This document shows, in pieces, positions 14,770-23,397 of a stretch of DNA of 64,000 bases. Both the position numbers and the translations under genes were made by a program. The stretch covers positions 152 through 64,151 of the forward strand of contig JAFQFR010000013.1 in the NCBI GenBank assembly GCA_017398595.1, read 5' to 3'. The stretch's first letter is position 1; every line of letters begins with the position of its first letter. The notes under the pieces are model-generated. The model did no database searches, was not told the DNA's origin, and worked only from the letters and a program-made list of their open reading frames with translations. Source of the DNA: Clostridia bacterium. GTDB taxonomy: Bacteria > Bacillota > Clostridia > Oscillospirales > CAG-272.

Positions 14770-15934
14770 TCTGTGTGCCGACATCGGCTATAAAAGCATC
14801 AATCACTACGGCGAGCAGCTCTGCGGCGACCACGTGGACGTGGTCGATCAGGGAGAAAACTCGACAGTGATCGTCCTCGCGGACGGACTCGGCAGCGGCG
14901 TCAAGGCGAGCATTTTGTCCACGCTGACCTCCAAGATCATTTCCACCATGCTCGCGGCAAATCTGCCGCTGGAGGAGTGCGTTGCGGCGATCGCCGCAAC
15001 ACTGCCCGTGTGTTCACAGCGCGGCGTGGCGTATTCGACCTTTACGATCCTGCATCTGATCAACAATGAGACTGCCGAGGTCATCCAGTACGATAACCCG
15101 CAGGTCATCCTCATCCGCGACGAGGTCAACTACGATTACCCGAAAACCGAGATGAACATCGGCGGCAAAAAGATCTTCAAGTCGGTGATCAAGCTGCAGG
15201 AGAATGACATCTTCGTTTCCATGAGTGACGGATGCCCGCACGCGGGCATCGGCACCGCCTACAACTTCGGCTGGAAACTGGCGGATATTACCGAATTCTT
15301 GGAGGGGCTTGCCCCCGTCGGTTACACGGCGAAAACGCTCTCCACCATTTTGGTGGATGAGTGCGACAAGCTCTACGGCGGGAAGCCGGGAGACGATGCC
15401 ACCGCCTGCGTGGTGCGCATCCGCCGCCGCGTGCCCATGAATATACTGTTCGGTCCGCCGTCCAACCGCGACGACTGCGACCGCATGATGTCGCTCTTCT
15501 TCTCCAAGGAGGGCAAGCACATTGTTTGCGGCGGTACGACCTCGACCATCGTGTCGAACTACCTGCGCAAGCCGCTGAAAGCGTCGCTCAACTTCGTGCA
15601 GTCGGACATCCCGCCGATCGCCGAGATCGAGGGTGTGGATCTTGTCACCGAGGGCGTCATCACGGTCAACCGCGTGGTCACCTATGCCAAGGACTATCTG
15701 GAAGAAAACAAGTGCTATGAGCACTGGAGCATCCAGCGCGACGGCGCTTCGCTGATCAGCCGCCTCTTGTTCGAGGAAGCGACGGACATCAATTTCTTTG
15801 TCGGCAGAGCCGTCAACCCCGCGCATCAGAACCCCGATCTGCCGATCAACTTTAATATCAAGATGAATCTGGTTGAAGAACTTTCAACCTGCCTGCGCAA
15901 GATGGGCAAGCATGTCAAGGTCGTATATTTTTAA
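14762..15934 (+). CDS. SpoIIE/PP2C-family serine phosphatase with an additional C-terminal domain
   Basis: 390 aa. Motifs CGDHVDVV...VLADGLGSGVKASI and SDGCPHAG are typical of SpoIIE-like PP2C. Overlaps hydS by 8 nt. Confidence 0.8.
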   Translation: MNDLCADIGYKSINHYGEQLCGDHVDVVDQGENSTVIVLADGLGSGVKASILSTLTSKIISTMLAANLPLEECVAAIAATLPVCSQRGVAYSTFTILHLINNETAEVIQYDNPQVILIRDEVNYDYPKTEMNIGGKKIFKSVIKLQENDIFVSMSDGCPHAGIGTAYNFGWKLADITEFLEGLAPVGYTAKTLSTILVDECDKLYGGKPGDDATACVVRIRRRVPMNILFGPPSNRDDCDRMMSLFFSKEGKHIVCGGTTSTIVSNYLRKPLKASLNFVQSDIPPIAEIEGVDLVTEGVITVNRVVTYAKDYLEENKCYEHWSIQRDGASLISRLLFEEATDINFFVGRAVNPAHQNPDLPINFNIKMNLVEELSTCLRKMGKHVKVVYF

Positions 15935-15952
15935 GGAGATTTTTGAAAAACC

Positions 15953-17376
15953 ATGAGAAAGTTTGATACCAAAGTACAGCACCTCAAATACAAGGTCCTG
16001 CGCGAAGTCGCGCGCGAGGCATGGAACGGAACTCTGCTGGAGAATGCGCTCGATATTCCGAAGAAGATCGTGCCCGGCAAGGAGCCGACCTGCGCTGCTG
16101 CGTGTACAAGGAGCGCGCGATCCTCGGCGAGCGCGTGCAGATCGCCATGGGACGCACCGATGACGGTCAGCATGTGATCGAGGTCATCGAGATCGCCTGC
16201 GACGAGTGCCCTGCTGCCGGCTATGAAGTCACCGATTCCTGTCGCGGATGCCTTGCACACCGCTGTGAGGACGTCTGCAAGCGCGGCGCGATCTCCTTTG
16301 ACCACAACCATGTGGCGCACATTGATAAAACCAAGTGCGTGGAGTGCGGTCAGTGTGCGAAGGTCTGCCCCTTTGCCGCGATCGCCAACCGCAAGCGCCC
16401 TTGTCAGAATGCCTGCAAGATCAAAGCGATCTCCATGGATGAAAACAAGGCGGCAAAGATCGACTACGAAAAGTGCATTTCCTGCGGTGCGTGCGTGTAC
16501 CAGTGCCCGTTCGGCGCCATCACCGACCGTTCCTATATCCTTGACGTCATCGACCTCTTGAAAGAGAGCGAGGGCGGCAAAAATACCAAGGTATATGCGG
16601 TCGTCGCACCCTCGATCTCCAGCCAGTTTACATATGCAAAGCTCGGTCAGGTCATCACGGGACTCAAGGAGCTCGGCTTCTTCACCGTGGTCGAGGCGGC
16701 GCTCGGCGCGGATATGGTTGCCCTGTCCGAGTCGAAGGAACTTGTCGAGAAAGGCTTCTTGACCAGCTCCTGCTGTCCCGCGTTCGTAAAATACATCAAG
16801 TCGTCGTTCCCCGAGCTCGTACCGCTCGTTTCGCACAATCCCTCGCCCATGACGGCGATCGCCAAGTATATCAAGGAGATCACGCCGAATGCCAAGGTGG
16901 TCTTTATCGGTCCCTGCACGGCGAAGAAGGGAGAAGTGCAGCTCGAAGAAGTGCGCCCCTATGTGGATGCGGCAATGACCTTTGAGGAGCTGCAGGCACT
17001 CTTTGACAGCCGCGACATCGATATTACCACGCTTTCCGAGGGCGTGCTGGATAACGCGTCCTACTTTGGCAGAATCTTTGCCCGCTCGGGTGGTCTGTCC
17101 GATTCGGTCAAACAGGCACTCAAAGAGCAGGGCATCGAGGACTTCCCGCTGAAAGCCGCTGTTTGCGACGGTATCGAAGCCTGCCGCACGGCACTGCTCA
17201 AAAAGAGCAAGAATCTCCTCGACGCAAACTTCATCGAGGGCATGGCATGTATGGGCGGCTGCATCAACGGCGCCGGATGCCTGACGCATGGGGAAAAGAA
17301 TAAAGCCGAGGTCGATAAATACGGCATGGAAGCATACGAAAAAACCATCACCGAGGCTGTATCGGTACTGAAATAA
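15953..17376 (+). pseudogene. hydA: [FeFe]-hydrogenase (group B / HydA2-like), interrupted by a 1-nt frameshift as assembled
   Basis: The N-terminal 46 codons (15953-16090, ...IVPGKEPT) are in one frame. The rest, RCCVYKERAILGERV... from 16093, is in another, with only 2 nt (TG) between them. Catalytic H-cluster motifs are intact: TSSCCPAF, GPCTAKKGE, EGMACMGGCINGAG. Several 4Fe-4S motifs are also present. Confidence 0.75.
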
Positions 17377-17380
17377 TCCA

Positions 17381-17416
17381 AAAACGGCATGCTTTTAAAC
17401 GAGCATGCCTTTTTTC
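17381..17416 (+). terminator. Rho-independent terminator after the hydrogenase gene
   Basis: GGCATGCT/AGCATGCC stem followed by TTTTTTC. Confidence 0.75.
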
Positions 17417-17417
17417 T

Positions 17418-17446
17418 TTGACTTTTTCTTCTCACGGTGTTATACT
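17418..17446 (+). promoter_or_regulatory. Sigma-A-type promoter ahead of the riboswitch
   Basis: TTGACT (17418-17423), 17-nt spacer, TATACT (17441-17446). Confidence 0.55.
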
Positions 17447-17451
17447 GAGTG

Positions 17452-17640
17452 CAGCAGATCAAGAGGAATCGGGTGCAACTCCCGGGCGGGCACGCCGCCG
17501 TGAACCTTTTTGCTGCAAAACGGGCACATTGCCACATGTGCTTCGCGAAAGCGGTCATTGATGCATTTTGCATCGAGAAGGCGTTTTGCATTTTGAGGCA
17601 AGCCGGAATACTCGAGATCGAACGCGGCTGTATGCGAGTG
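17452..17640 (+). promoter_or_regulatory. Probable cobalamin (B12) riboswitch
   Basis: AAGAGGAATCGGGTGCAACTCCCGGGCGGGCACGCCGCCGTGAAC matches, by eye, the conserved core AGGGAA..GGTG.AA.TCC...C.G.CCCGCCACTGTAA. The downstream CAAGCCGGAATACTCG resembles the AGCCAGGAGACCTGCC element. It precedes genes of B12-uptake type. Confidence 0.6.
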
Positions 17641-17688
17641 CCGACATCGCGGCTGCGGCGATGCATCATTAGAAAGGACAGAAAGAAA

Positions 17689-18135
17689 ATGAAAAAACAA
17701 ACTCTTTTGATTCGCCTTTCGCTCGTTCTGACCCTTTGTCTGCTTGTGGCGGCAGTATCGGTCGGATGCGGCGAACAAACACCACAGGAGACGACAGGTA
17801 CATCGGATGTGCAGCCTGCACCGGCTGCGGAGCCGATCGGAGAGGGGCAGTACACCTTTGCCTTTACCGCGGTCTTTGCCGATGGCAGCGCAAAGCGCTA
17901 TGCGGTCTCCACCGATCGTGAAACGGTCGGAGAAGCGCTGATCGAACTGAAACTGATCGAGGGAGAAGCAGGTCCCTACGGTCTGTATGTCAAGAGCGTA
18001 TGCGGCGTGGTCGCCGATTACAATATCGACGGCACCTATTGGTCGCTGTACACCGACGGCGAAATGTCGATGACCGGCGTGGACTCGCTTGGAAGCGCGG
18101 ACGCCGTGGACATTGAATTCCGCGTAGAGAAATGA
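17689..18135 (+). CDS. DUF4430 (transcobalamin-like C-terminal domain) lipoprotein
   Basis: 148 aa from ATG 17689. Signal peptide plus lipobox (LLVAAVSVGC). The YTFAFTAVFADGS...WSLYTDGEMSMTGVDS region is typical of DUF4430. Confidence 0.7.
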   Translation: MKKQTLLIRLSLVLTLCLLVAAVSVGCGEQTPQETTGTSDVQPAPAAEPIGEGQYTFAFTAVFADGSAKRYAVSTDRETVGEALIELKLIEGEAGPYGLYVKSVCGVVADYNIDGTYWSLYTDGEMSMTGVDSLGSADAVDIEFRVEK

Positions 18136-18665
18136 GAACACGCACGCGGCTGACCGTCCGCGAGATCACGGTATTTGCCATGCTTGGCGCGGTGATGTTC
18201 GCGGGCAAAAAACTGGTGGAATGGATCCCGAACGTGCATCCCGCTACGATGCTTACCATGGTGTACACGCTCGCGTACCGCAAAAAGGGGATCATTCCCG
18301 TCATTGTGTACCTCGTGCTGGAAACGGTTTTTACGGGCGGTATCACATGGCTGGTTCCGTATTATTACATTTTTCCGCTTTGCTGGCTGTGTACGCTGCT
18401 TTTACCGAGACACTTGCCGAAGTGGGGCGCGCAGATCTGCTATACGCTTTTGTGTACGCTGTTCGGACTGCTGTTCGGCGTGTTGTACGCACCGTGGCAG
18501 GCGATCCTGTACGGGCTGAGCTTTGAAAAAACGCTCGCATGGGTGGCGTCGGGATTCGCATTTGACGTGACGCACGCTGTCGGCAATTTCGCGGCGTCGT
18601 TTCTGATATTCCCGCTTTTGAATCTTTTACAAAAAATAAACCAAAGCAAAGGCGCTGACGGGTAA
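18132..18665 (+). CDS. ECF-transporter substrate-specific (S) component
   Basis: 177 aa, about 6 TM segments, with the small integral-membrane architecture of ECF S components. ATGA overlap with the DUF4430 gene. No ECF A/T genes are adjacent. Confidence 0.65.
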   Translation: MRTRTRLTVREITVFAMLGAVMFAGKKLVEWIPNVHPATMLTMVYTLAYRKKGIIPVIVYLVLETVFTGGITWLVPYYYIFPLCWLCTLLLPRHLPKWGAQICYTLLCTLFGLLFGVLYAPWQAILYGLSFEKTLAWVASGFAFDVTHAVGNFAASFLIFPLLNLLQKINQSKGADG

Positions 18666-18727
18666 CTGTCGGTGCCTTCTTTTTGTATAAAATATTGGGC
18701 AAAGTACATAGAAATTTCATGTATATG

Positions 18728-18763
18728 TTGCCATTTGCGCAGAAATATGTTAAAATTTTAATG
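18728..18763 (+). promoter_or_regulatory. LysR-gene promoter with an overlapping degenerate Rex-like box
   Basis: TTGCCA (18728-18733), 17-nt spacer, TAAAAT (18751-18756). TGTTAAAATTTTAATG (18748-18763) has two mismatches to TGTTAA-N4-TTAACA. Confidence 0.5.
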
Positions 18764-18792
18764 TTCAGTGATGTAAACAGGAGGTGCAAAAA

Positions 18793-19713
18793 ATGAATCT
18801 GTTGCACTTACGGTATGCCGTAGAAATATCCAAAACGAAGTCGATCAGCAAGGCGGCGGAGAATTTGTTCATGGGACAGCCCAATCTCAGCCGTGCGATC
18901 AAGGAGCTGGAAGAATCGCTTGGCATCGTTATTTTTGAGCGTAGCTCCAGGGGCATTATCGTCACCGCCGCGGGAGAGGAATTTTTGCAGTATGCGCGCC
19001 GTATACTCAATCAGGTGGACGAGATGGAATCGCTCTACCGTGACGGGCAGCGCAATCGGCAGAAGTTTTCCGCCTGCGTGCCGCGCGCAAGTTATATCGC
19101 TGAGGCATTTGTAGAGGTCGCTTCGCAGATCGACTTACAGCAGCCCGCGGAATTTTATTATAAGGAAACCAACCCGATGCATACGATCGACAATGTCTGC
19201 AGCGGGGATTACAATATCGGTATCGTACGGTATCAGGAGACGTTTGCGCAGTATTTTTCGCAGACCTTCGCGGATAAGAATCTGGAGTATCGCCCGATCG
19301 TGACCTTTTCCTATTTACTGCTCGTATCCGAGCGGTCGCCGCTTGCCAAGAAAGAGAATATCAGCGGGGACGATCTGCACGATTATATCGAGGTACTGCA
19401 CGGAGATCCCTATGTGCCGTCGTTTTCGGCAACGGATGCCAAGCGCACGTCCAACGACGATTTTTCGGATAAGCATATCCATGTGTTTGAGCGCAGCAGC
19501 CAGTTTACGCTGCTGGACGCCAATCCGAATACTTATATGTGGGTCTCGCCCATTCCGAAAAAGCTGCTGGATGCCTATCATTTGGTGCAGCGTCCCGCGT
19601 TCGGCGCTATGGAGTACACCGACGTGCTGATCTATCGCAAGGATTATCAGCTGACGCCGTTTGACGAAACTTTCCTTGCCGCCCTGCGTAAAAAACGCGC
19701 ACAGCTGTTTTGA
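18793..19713 (+). CDS. LysR family transcriptional regulator
   Basis: 306 aa from the ATG after GGAGGTG. N-terminal LysR HTH MNLLHLRYAVEISKTKSISKAAENLFMGQPNLSRAIKELE. Confidence 0.9.
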   Translation: MNLLHLRYAVEISKTKSISKAAENLFMGQPNLSRAIKELEESLGIVIFERSSRGIIVTAAGEEFLQYARRILNQVDEMESLYRDGQRNRQKFSACVPRASYIAEAFVEVASQIDLQQPAEFYYKETNPMHTIDNVCSGDYNIGIVRYQETFAQYFSQTFADKNLEYRPIVTFSYLLLVSERSPLAKKENISGDDLHDYIEVLHGDPYVPSFSATDAKRTSNDDFSDKHIHVFERSSQFTLLDANPNTYMWVSPIPKKLLDAYHLVQRPAFGAMEYTDVLIYRKDYQLTPFDETFLAALRKKRAQLF

Positions 19714-19808
19714 GTGAAGAGGCGCATTTCCTCGGTTTGCATGCAGAATTCCGACAATATAGCATAAAAAAGCGGTATGCGCATAGCAATATTCGTATGT
19801 TTTTAGGA

Positions 19809-19844
19809 TTGACAAGCAGCCAAAAGAATGTTAAAATTTTAACA
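19809..19844 (+). promoter_or_regulatory. adhE promoter with an overlapping Rex-like operator
   Basis: TTGACA (19809-19814), 17-nt spacer, TAAAAT (19832-19837). The perfect palindrome TGTTAAAATTTTAACA (19829-19844) matches the Clostridia Rex core. Confidence 0.65.
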
Positions 19845-19894
19845 GAATCAAGAATACCTCTATCAAACTAAAAAAATGTAAGGAGAAACGCAGG

Positions 19895-22513
19895 ATGAGT
19901 ACCACAGAATACAAGATCGTCGACAGCGTGGAAAAACTGGAGGATGCACTTGCCCGTGTACGCGCCGCACAGAAGAAATTTGCGACCTACACGCAAGAGC
20001 AGGTAGACGCCATCTTCCGTGCCGCCGCGCTTGCCGCCGATAAACAGCGTATCCCGCTTGCCAAGCTCGCCGTTAGTGAGACGGGCATGGGTGTTGTCGA
20101 GGATAAGGTCATCAAGAACCATTATGCCGCCGAGTATATCTATAACCATTATAAAGATACCAAAACCTGCGGCGTGATCGAAGAGGACAAAGCCTACGGC
20201 ATACAAAAGATCGCATCGCCGATCGGTGTGATCGCGGCGGTCATCCCCACCACCAACCCCACCTCGACCGCGATTTTCAAGACGCTGCTCGCACTGAAAA
20301 CGCGCAACGGCATCGTCATCAGCCCCCATCCGCGCGCAAAGGAATCCACCATCTGCGCGGCAAGGATCGTTCTGGAGGCGGCAGTTGCAGCGGGCGCACC
20401 TGAGGACATCATCGCATGGATCGACGTTCCCTCGCTGGAAATGACCAATTTTATTATGAAAGAAGCCGATACCATTCTGGCGACAGGCGGTCCCGGCATG
20501 GTCAAGGCGGCGTATTCCAGCGGTAAACCGGCGCTCGGCGTCGGCGCGGGTAATACCCCTGCCGTGATCGACGAATCCGCGGACATTTTGCTCGCGGTCA
20601 ACTCGATCATCCATTCCAAGACGTTTGATAACGGCATGATCTGCGCTTCCGAGCAGTCGGTCATTGTGCCGGATAGTATCTATGAGACGGTGAAAAAGGA
20701 ATTTGCCGATCGCGGCTGCTATTTCCTCGAAGGCAGCGAGCTTGAACAGGTGCGCAAGACCATTCTGATCAACGGCGCACTCAATGCCAAGATCGTCGGT
20801 CAGAGTGCGCACAAGATCGCGTCGCTCGCAGGCGTACATGTACCCGAATATACCAAGATCCTCATCGGTGAGGTCGAGAGCACCGATCTTTCCGAGGAGT
20901 TCGCGCACGAAAAGCTCTCGCCCGTGCTTGCCATGTACCATGCAACGAGCTTTGAAGATGCACTGGACAAGGCAGAGCAGCTGGTCGAGGACGGTGGCAG
21001 AGGACATACCGCATCCGTCTATCTCAACGCCATGACCGAGCGGGAAAAGATCCATGCATTCGCCGAGAGAATGCATGCCTGCCGCATCATGGTCAACACC
21101 CCCTCGTCGCAGGGCGGCATCGGCGATCTGTACAACTTCAAAATGACTCCCTCCATGACGCTCGGCTGCGGTTCCTGGGGCGGCAACAGCGTCTCCGAGA
21201 ACGTAGGCGTAAAGCATCTTTTAAATATCAAGACCGTTGCTGAGAGGAGAGAGAACATGCTGTGGTTCCGCGCACCTGAAAAGGTATATATCAAAAAGGG
21301 ATGCCTGCCGGTCGCTCTCGACGAGCTCGGCACCGTGATGCACAAGAAAAAGGCATTTATCGTCACCGATACGTTCTTATACAATAACGGCTATACCAAG
21401 CCGATCACCGACAAGCTCGATGCCATGGGCATTCAGCACACCACCTTCTTTGATGTTGCGCCCGATCCCACGCTCGGCTGTGCCAAGGCGGGTGCCGAGC
21501 AGATGCGCGCTTTTGCGCCCGACTGCATCATCGCACTCGGCGGCGGCAGCGCGATGGACGCGGCAAAGATCATGTGGGTGCTCTATGAGCATCCCGAAGC
21601 AGACTTTATGGATATGGCAATGCGCTTCATGGACATCCGCAAGCGTATCTATACCTTCCCGAAGATGGGTGAAAAGGCATACTTCGTTGCCATCCCCACC
21701 TCTGCAGGTACGGGCTCCGAGGTGACGCCCTTCGCCGTCATTACGGATGAGACCACGGGTGTGAAGTATCCGCTCGCCGACTATGAGCTGCTGCCCAAGA
21801 TGGCGATCGTGGATGCCGACTTCCACATGAGCGCGCCCAAGGGACTCACCGCCGCATCGGGTATCGACGCGGTTACACATGCACTGGAAGCGTACGCTTC
21901 GATGATGGCGACCGATTATACCGATGGCTTGGCGCTCCGCTCGCTGAAGGTGATCTTCGAGTACCTGCCGCGTGCTTACGACAACGGTGCAAACGATCCC
22001 GAGGCGCGCGAAAAGATGGCAAATGCCGCAACCATGGCGGGCATGGCGTTCGCAAACGCATTCCTCGGTGTCTGCCACTCGATGGCGCATAAGCTCGGTG
22101 CTTTCCATCACCTGCCGCACGGCGTTGCAAACGCATTGATGATCGACGAGGTCATCCGCTTCAACGCGAGCGATGTACCGGCGAAGATGGGTACCTTCCC
22201 GCAGTATGACCATCCGCGCACCGCAGAGCGCTATGCCGAGGTTGCCGATGCGCTCGGACTCGGCGGCGCGACCGTTGCAGAGAAGGTAGAAAACCTGATC
22301 GCCGCGGTCGATGCGCTCAAAGCAAGAGTGGGTATAAAGTCCACGATCCGTGACTATGTTGCGGATGAGGCAGACTTTATGGATCGCCTGGACGAGATGA
22401 CCGAGCAGGCATTCGACGATCAGTGCACGGGCGCGAACCCGCGCTACCCGCTGATGCGTGAGATCAAGCAGATGTACCTGAACGCTTACTACGGCAAGCA
22501 TGAAAATGTATAA
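19895..22513 (+). CDS. adhE: Bifunctional acetaldehyde-CoA / alcohol dehydrogenase
   Basis: 872 aa. An N-terminal aldehyde dehydrogenase domain is followed by a C-terminal iron-containing ADH domain (GGGSAMDAAK, HxxxH region), which is the classic AdhE architecture. Confidence 0.95.
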   Translation: MSTTEYKIVDSVEKLEDALARVRAAQKKFATYTQEQVDAIFRAAALAADKQRIPLAKLAVSETGMGVVEDKVIKNHYAAEYIYNHYKDTKTCGVIEEDKAYGIQKIASPIGVIAAVIPTTNPTSTAIFKTLLALKTRNGIVISPHPRAKESTICAARIVLEAAVAAGAPEDIIAWIDVPSLEMTNFIMKEADTILATGGPGMVKAAYSSGKPALGVGAGNTPAVIDESADILLAVNSIIHSKTFDNGMICASEQSVIVPDSIYETVKKEFADRGCYFLEGSELEQVRKTILINGALNAKIVGQSAHKIASLAGVHVPEYTKILIGEVESTDLSEEFAHEKLSPVLAMYHATSFEDALDKAEQLVEDGGRGHTASVYLNAMTEREKIHAFAERMHACRIMVNTPSSQGGIGDLYNFKMTPSMTLGCGSWGGNSVSENVGVKHLLNIKTVAERRENMLWFRAPEKVYIKKGCLPVALDELGTVMHKKKAFIVTDTFLYNNGYTKPITDKLDAMGIQHTTFFDVAPDPTLGCAKAGAEQMRAFAPDCIIALGGGSAMDAAKIMWVLYEHPEADFMDMAMRFMDIRKRIYTFPKMGEKAYFVAIPTSAGTGSEVTPFAVITDETTGVKYPLADYELLPKMAIVDADFHMSAPKGLTAASGIDAVTHALEAYASMMATDYTDGLALRSLKVIFEYLPRAYDNGANDPEAREKMANAATMAGMAFANAFLGVCHSMAHKLGAFHHLPHGVANALMIDEVIRFNASDVPAKMGTFPQYDHPRTAERYAEVADALGLGGATVAEKVENLIAAVDALKARVGIKSTIRDYVADEADFMDRLDEMTEQAFDDQCTGANPRYPLMREIKQMYLNAYYGKHENV

Positions 22514-22525
22514 GGAGGAGCGCAC

Positions 22526-23275
22526 ATGAAACTGGATAAAGTGATCGCGGTACGCACCGCAAAGACCATCTATCGGGACGGCGACAAGGTCATTAAGCTT
22601 TTTAATGAGGACTATTCCAAGGCGGATGTACTCAACGAGGCGCTGGGACATGCGCGCGTAGAGGAGACCGATCTGCATATCCCGAAGATCCACGAGGTCG
22701 TCAAGATTGATGGCAAATGGGCGATCGTGATGGACTACATCGAGGGCAAAACGCTCGAACAGCTCATGCTCGAGAACCCCGAGAAGAAGAACGAGTATAT
22801 CGAGCTGCTGGTTGATCTGCAGATGCAGGTGCATGCGCACAAGGCGCCGCTGCTCACGCGTCTCAAGGATAAGATGAACCGCAAGATCGATCAGGCGGAA
22901 GTGGATGCGACCACCCGCTATGAGCTGCACACCCGTCTGGAATCCATGCCCAAGCACAACAAGGTCTGCCACGGCGACTTTAACCCCTCTAATATCATCA
23001 TCACGCCTGACGGCACGCCCTATATCGTAGACTGGGCGCACGTTACGCAGGGCAATGCGTCTGCCGACGTGGCAAGAACCTATCTGCTGTTCTACCTGGA
23101 CGGCGATCTGCAGGGGGCGGAGACCTATCTCGATACCTTCTGCAAAAAGAGCGATACGGCAAAGCAGTATGTGCAGAAATGGATGCCGATCGTTGCGGCA
23201 TCGCAGTCGGTCAAGGGTAAACCCGAGGAACGTCAGTTCCTCCTCGGCTGGGTAGACGTGGTCGAATACGAATAA
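22526..23275 (+). CDS. Phosphotransferase-family (APH/choline-kinase-like) protein
   Basis: 249 aa with the catalytic-loop motif HGDFNPSNIII...IVDW. Lies 13 nt after adhE, with a GGAGGAG RBS. Confidence 0.75.
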   Translation: MKLDKVIAVRTAKTIYRDGDKVIKLFNEDYSKADVLNEALGHARVEETDLHIPKIHEVVKIDGKWAIVMDYIEGKTLEQLMLENPEKKNEYIELLVDLQMQVHAHKAPLLTRLKDKMNRKIDQAEVDATTRYELHTRLESMPKHNKVCHGDFNPSNIIITPDGTPYIVDWAHVTQGNASADVARTYLLFYLDGDLQGAETYLDTFCKKSDTAKQYVQKWMPIVAASQSVKGKPEERQFLLGWVDVVEYE

Positions 23276-23292
23276 GAAAATAATAAAATAGA

Positions 23293-23326
23293 AAGACCTG
23301 CAAGGCTTGCCTTGCAGGTCTTTTTG
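23293..23326 (+). terminator. Rho-independent terminator
   Basis: AAGACCTGCAAGG/CCTTGCAGGTCTT stem followed by TTTT. Confidence 0.8.
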
Positions 23327-23397
23327 CGAATACATTTTTATTGCAAAAATTCCAGCGCGTGTGTATAATGGAGACAGAAAAAACTTCGGAGGCGCAC

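Noticed and set aside
18780-18795. The identical string GGAGGTGCAAAAAATGAA at the LysR start (18780) and at the LysM-CAP start (32280).
   Set aside because: The match is 18 nt and consists of a consensus Shine-Dalgarno, an A-rich spacer, the ATG and a Lys/Asn codon. This is most simply convergence of strong translation-initiation regions, and the flanks are unrelated.
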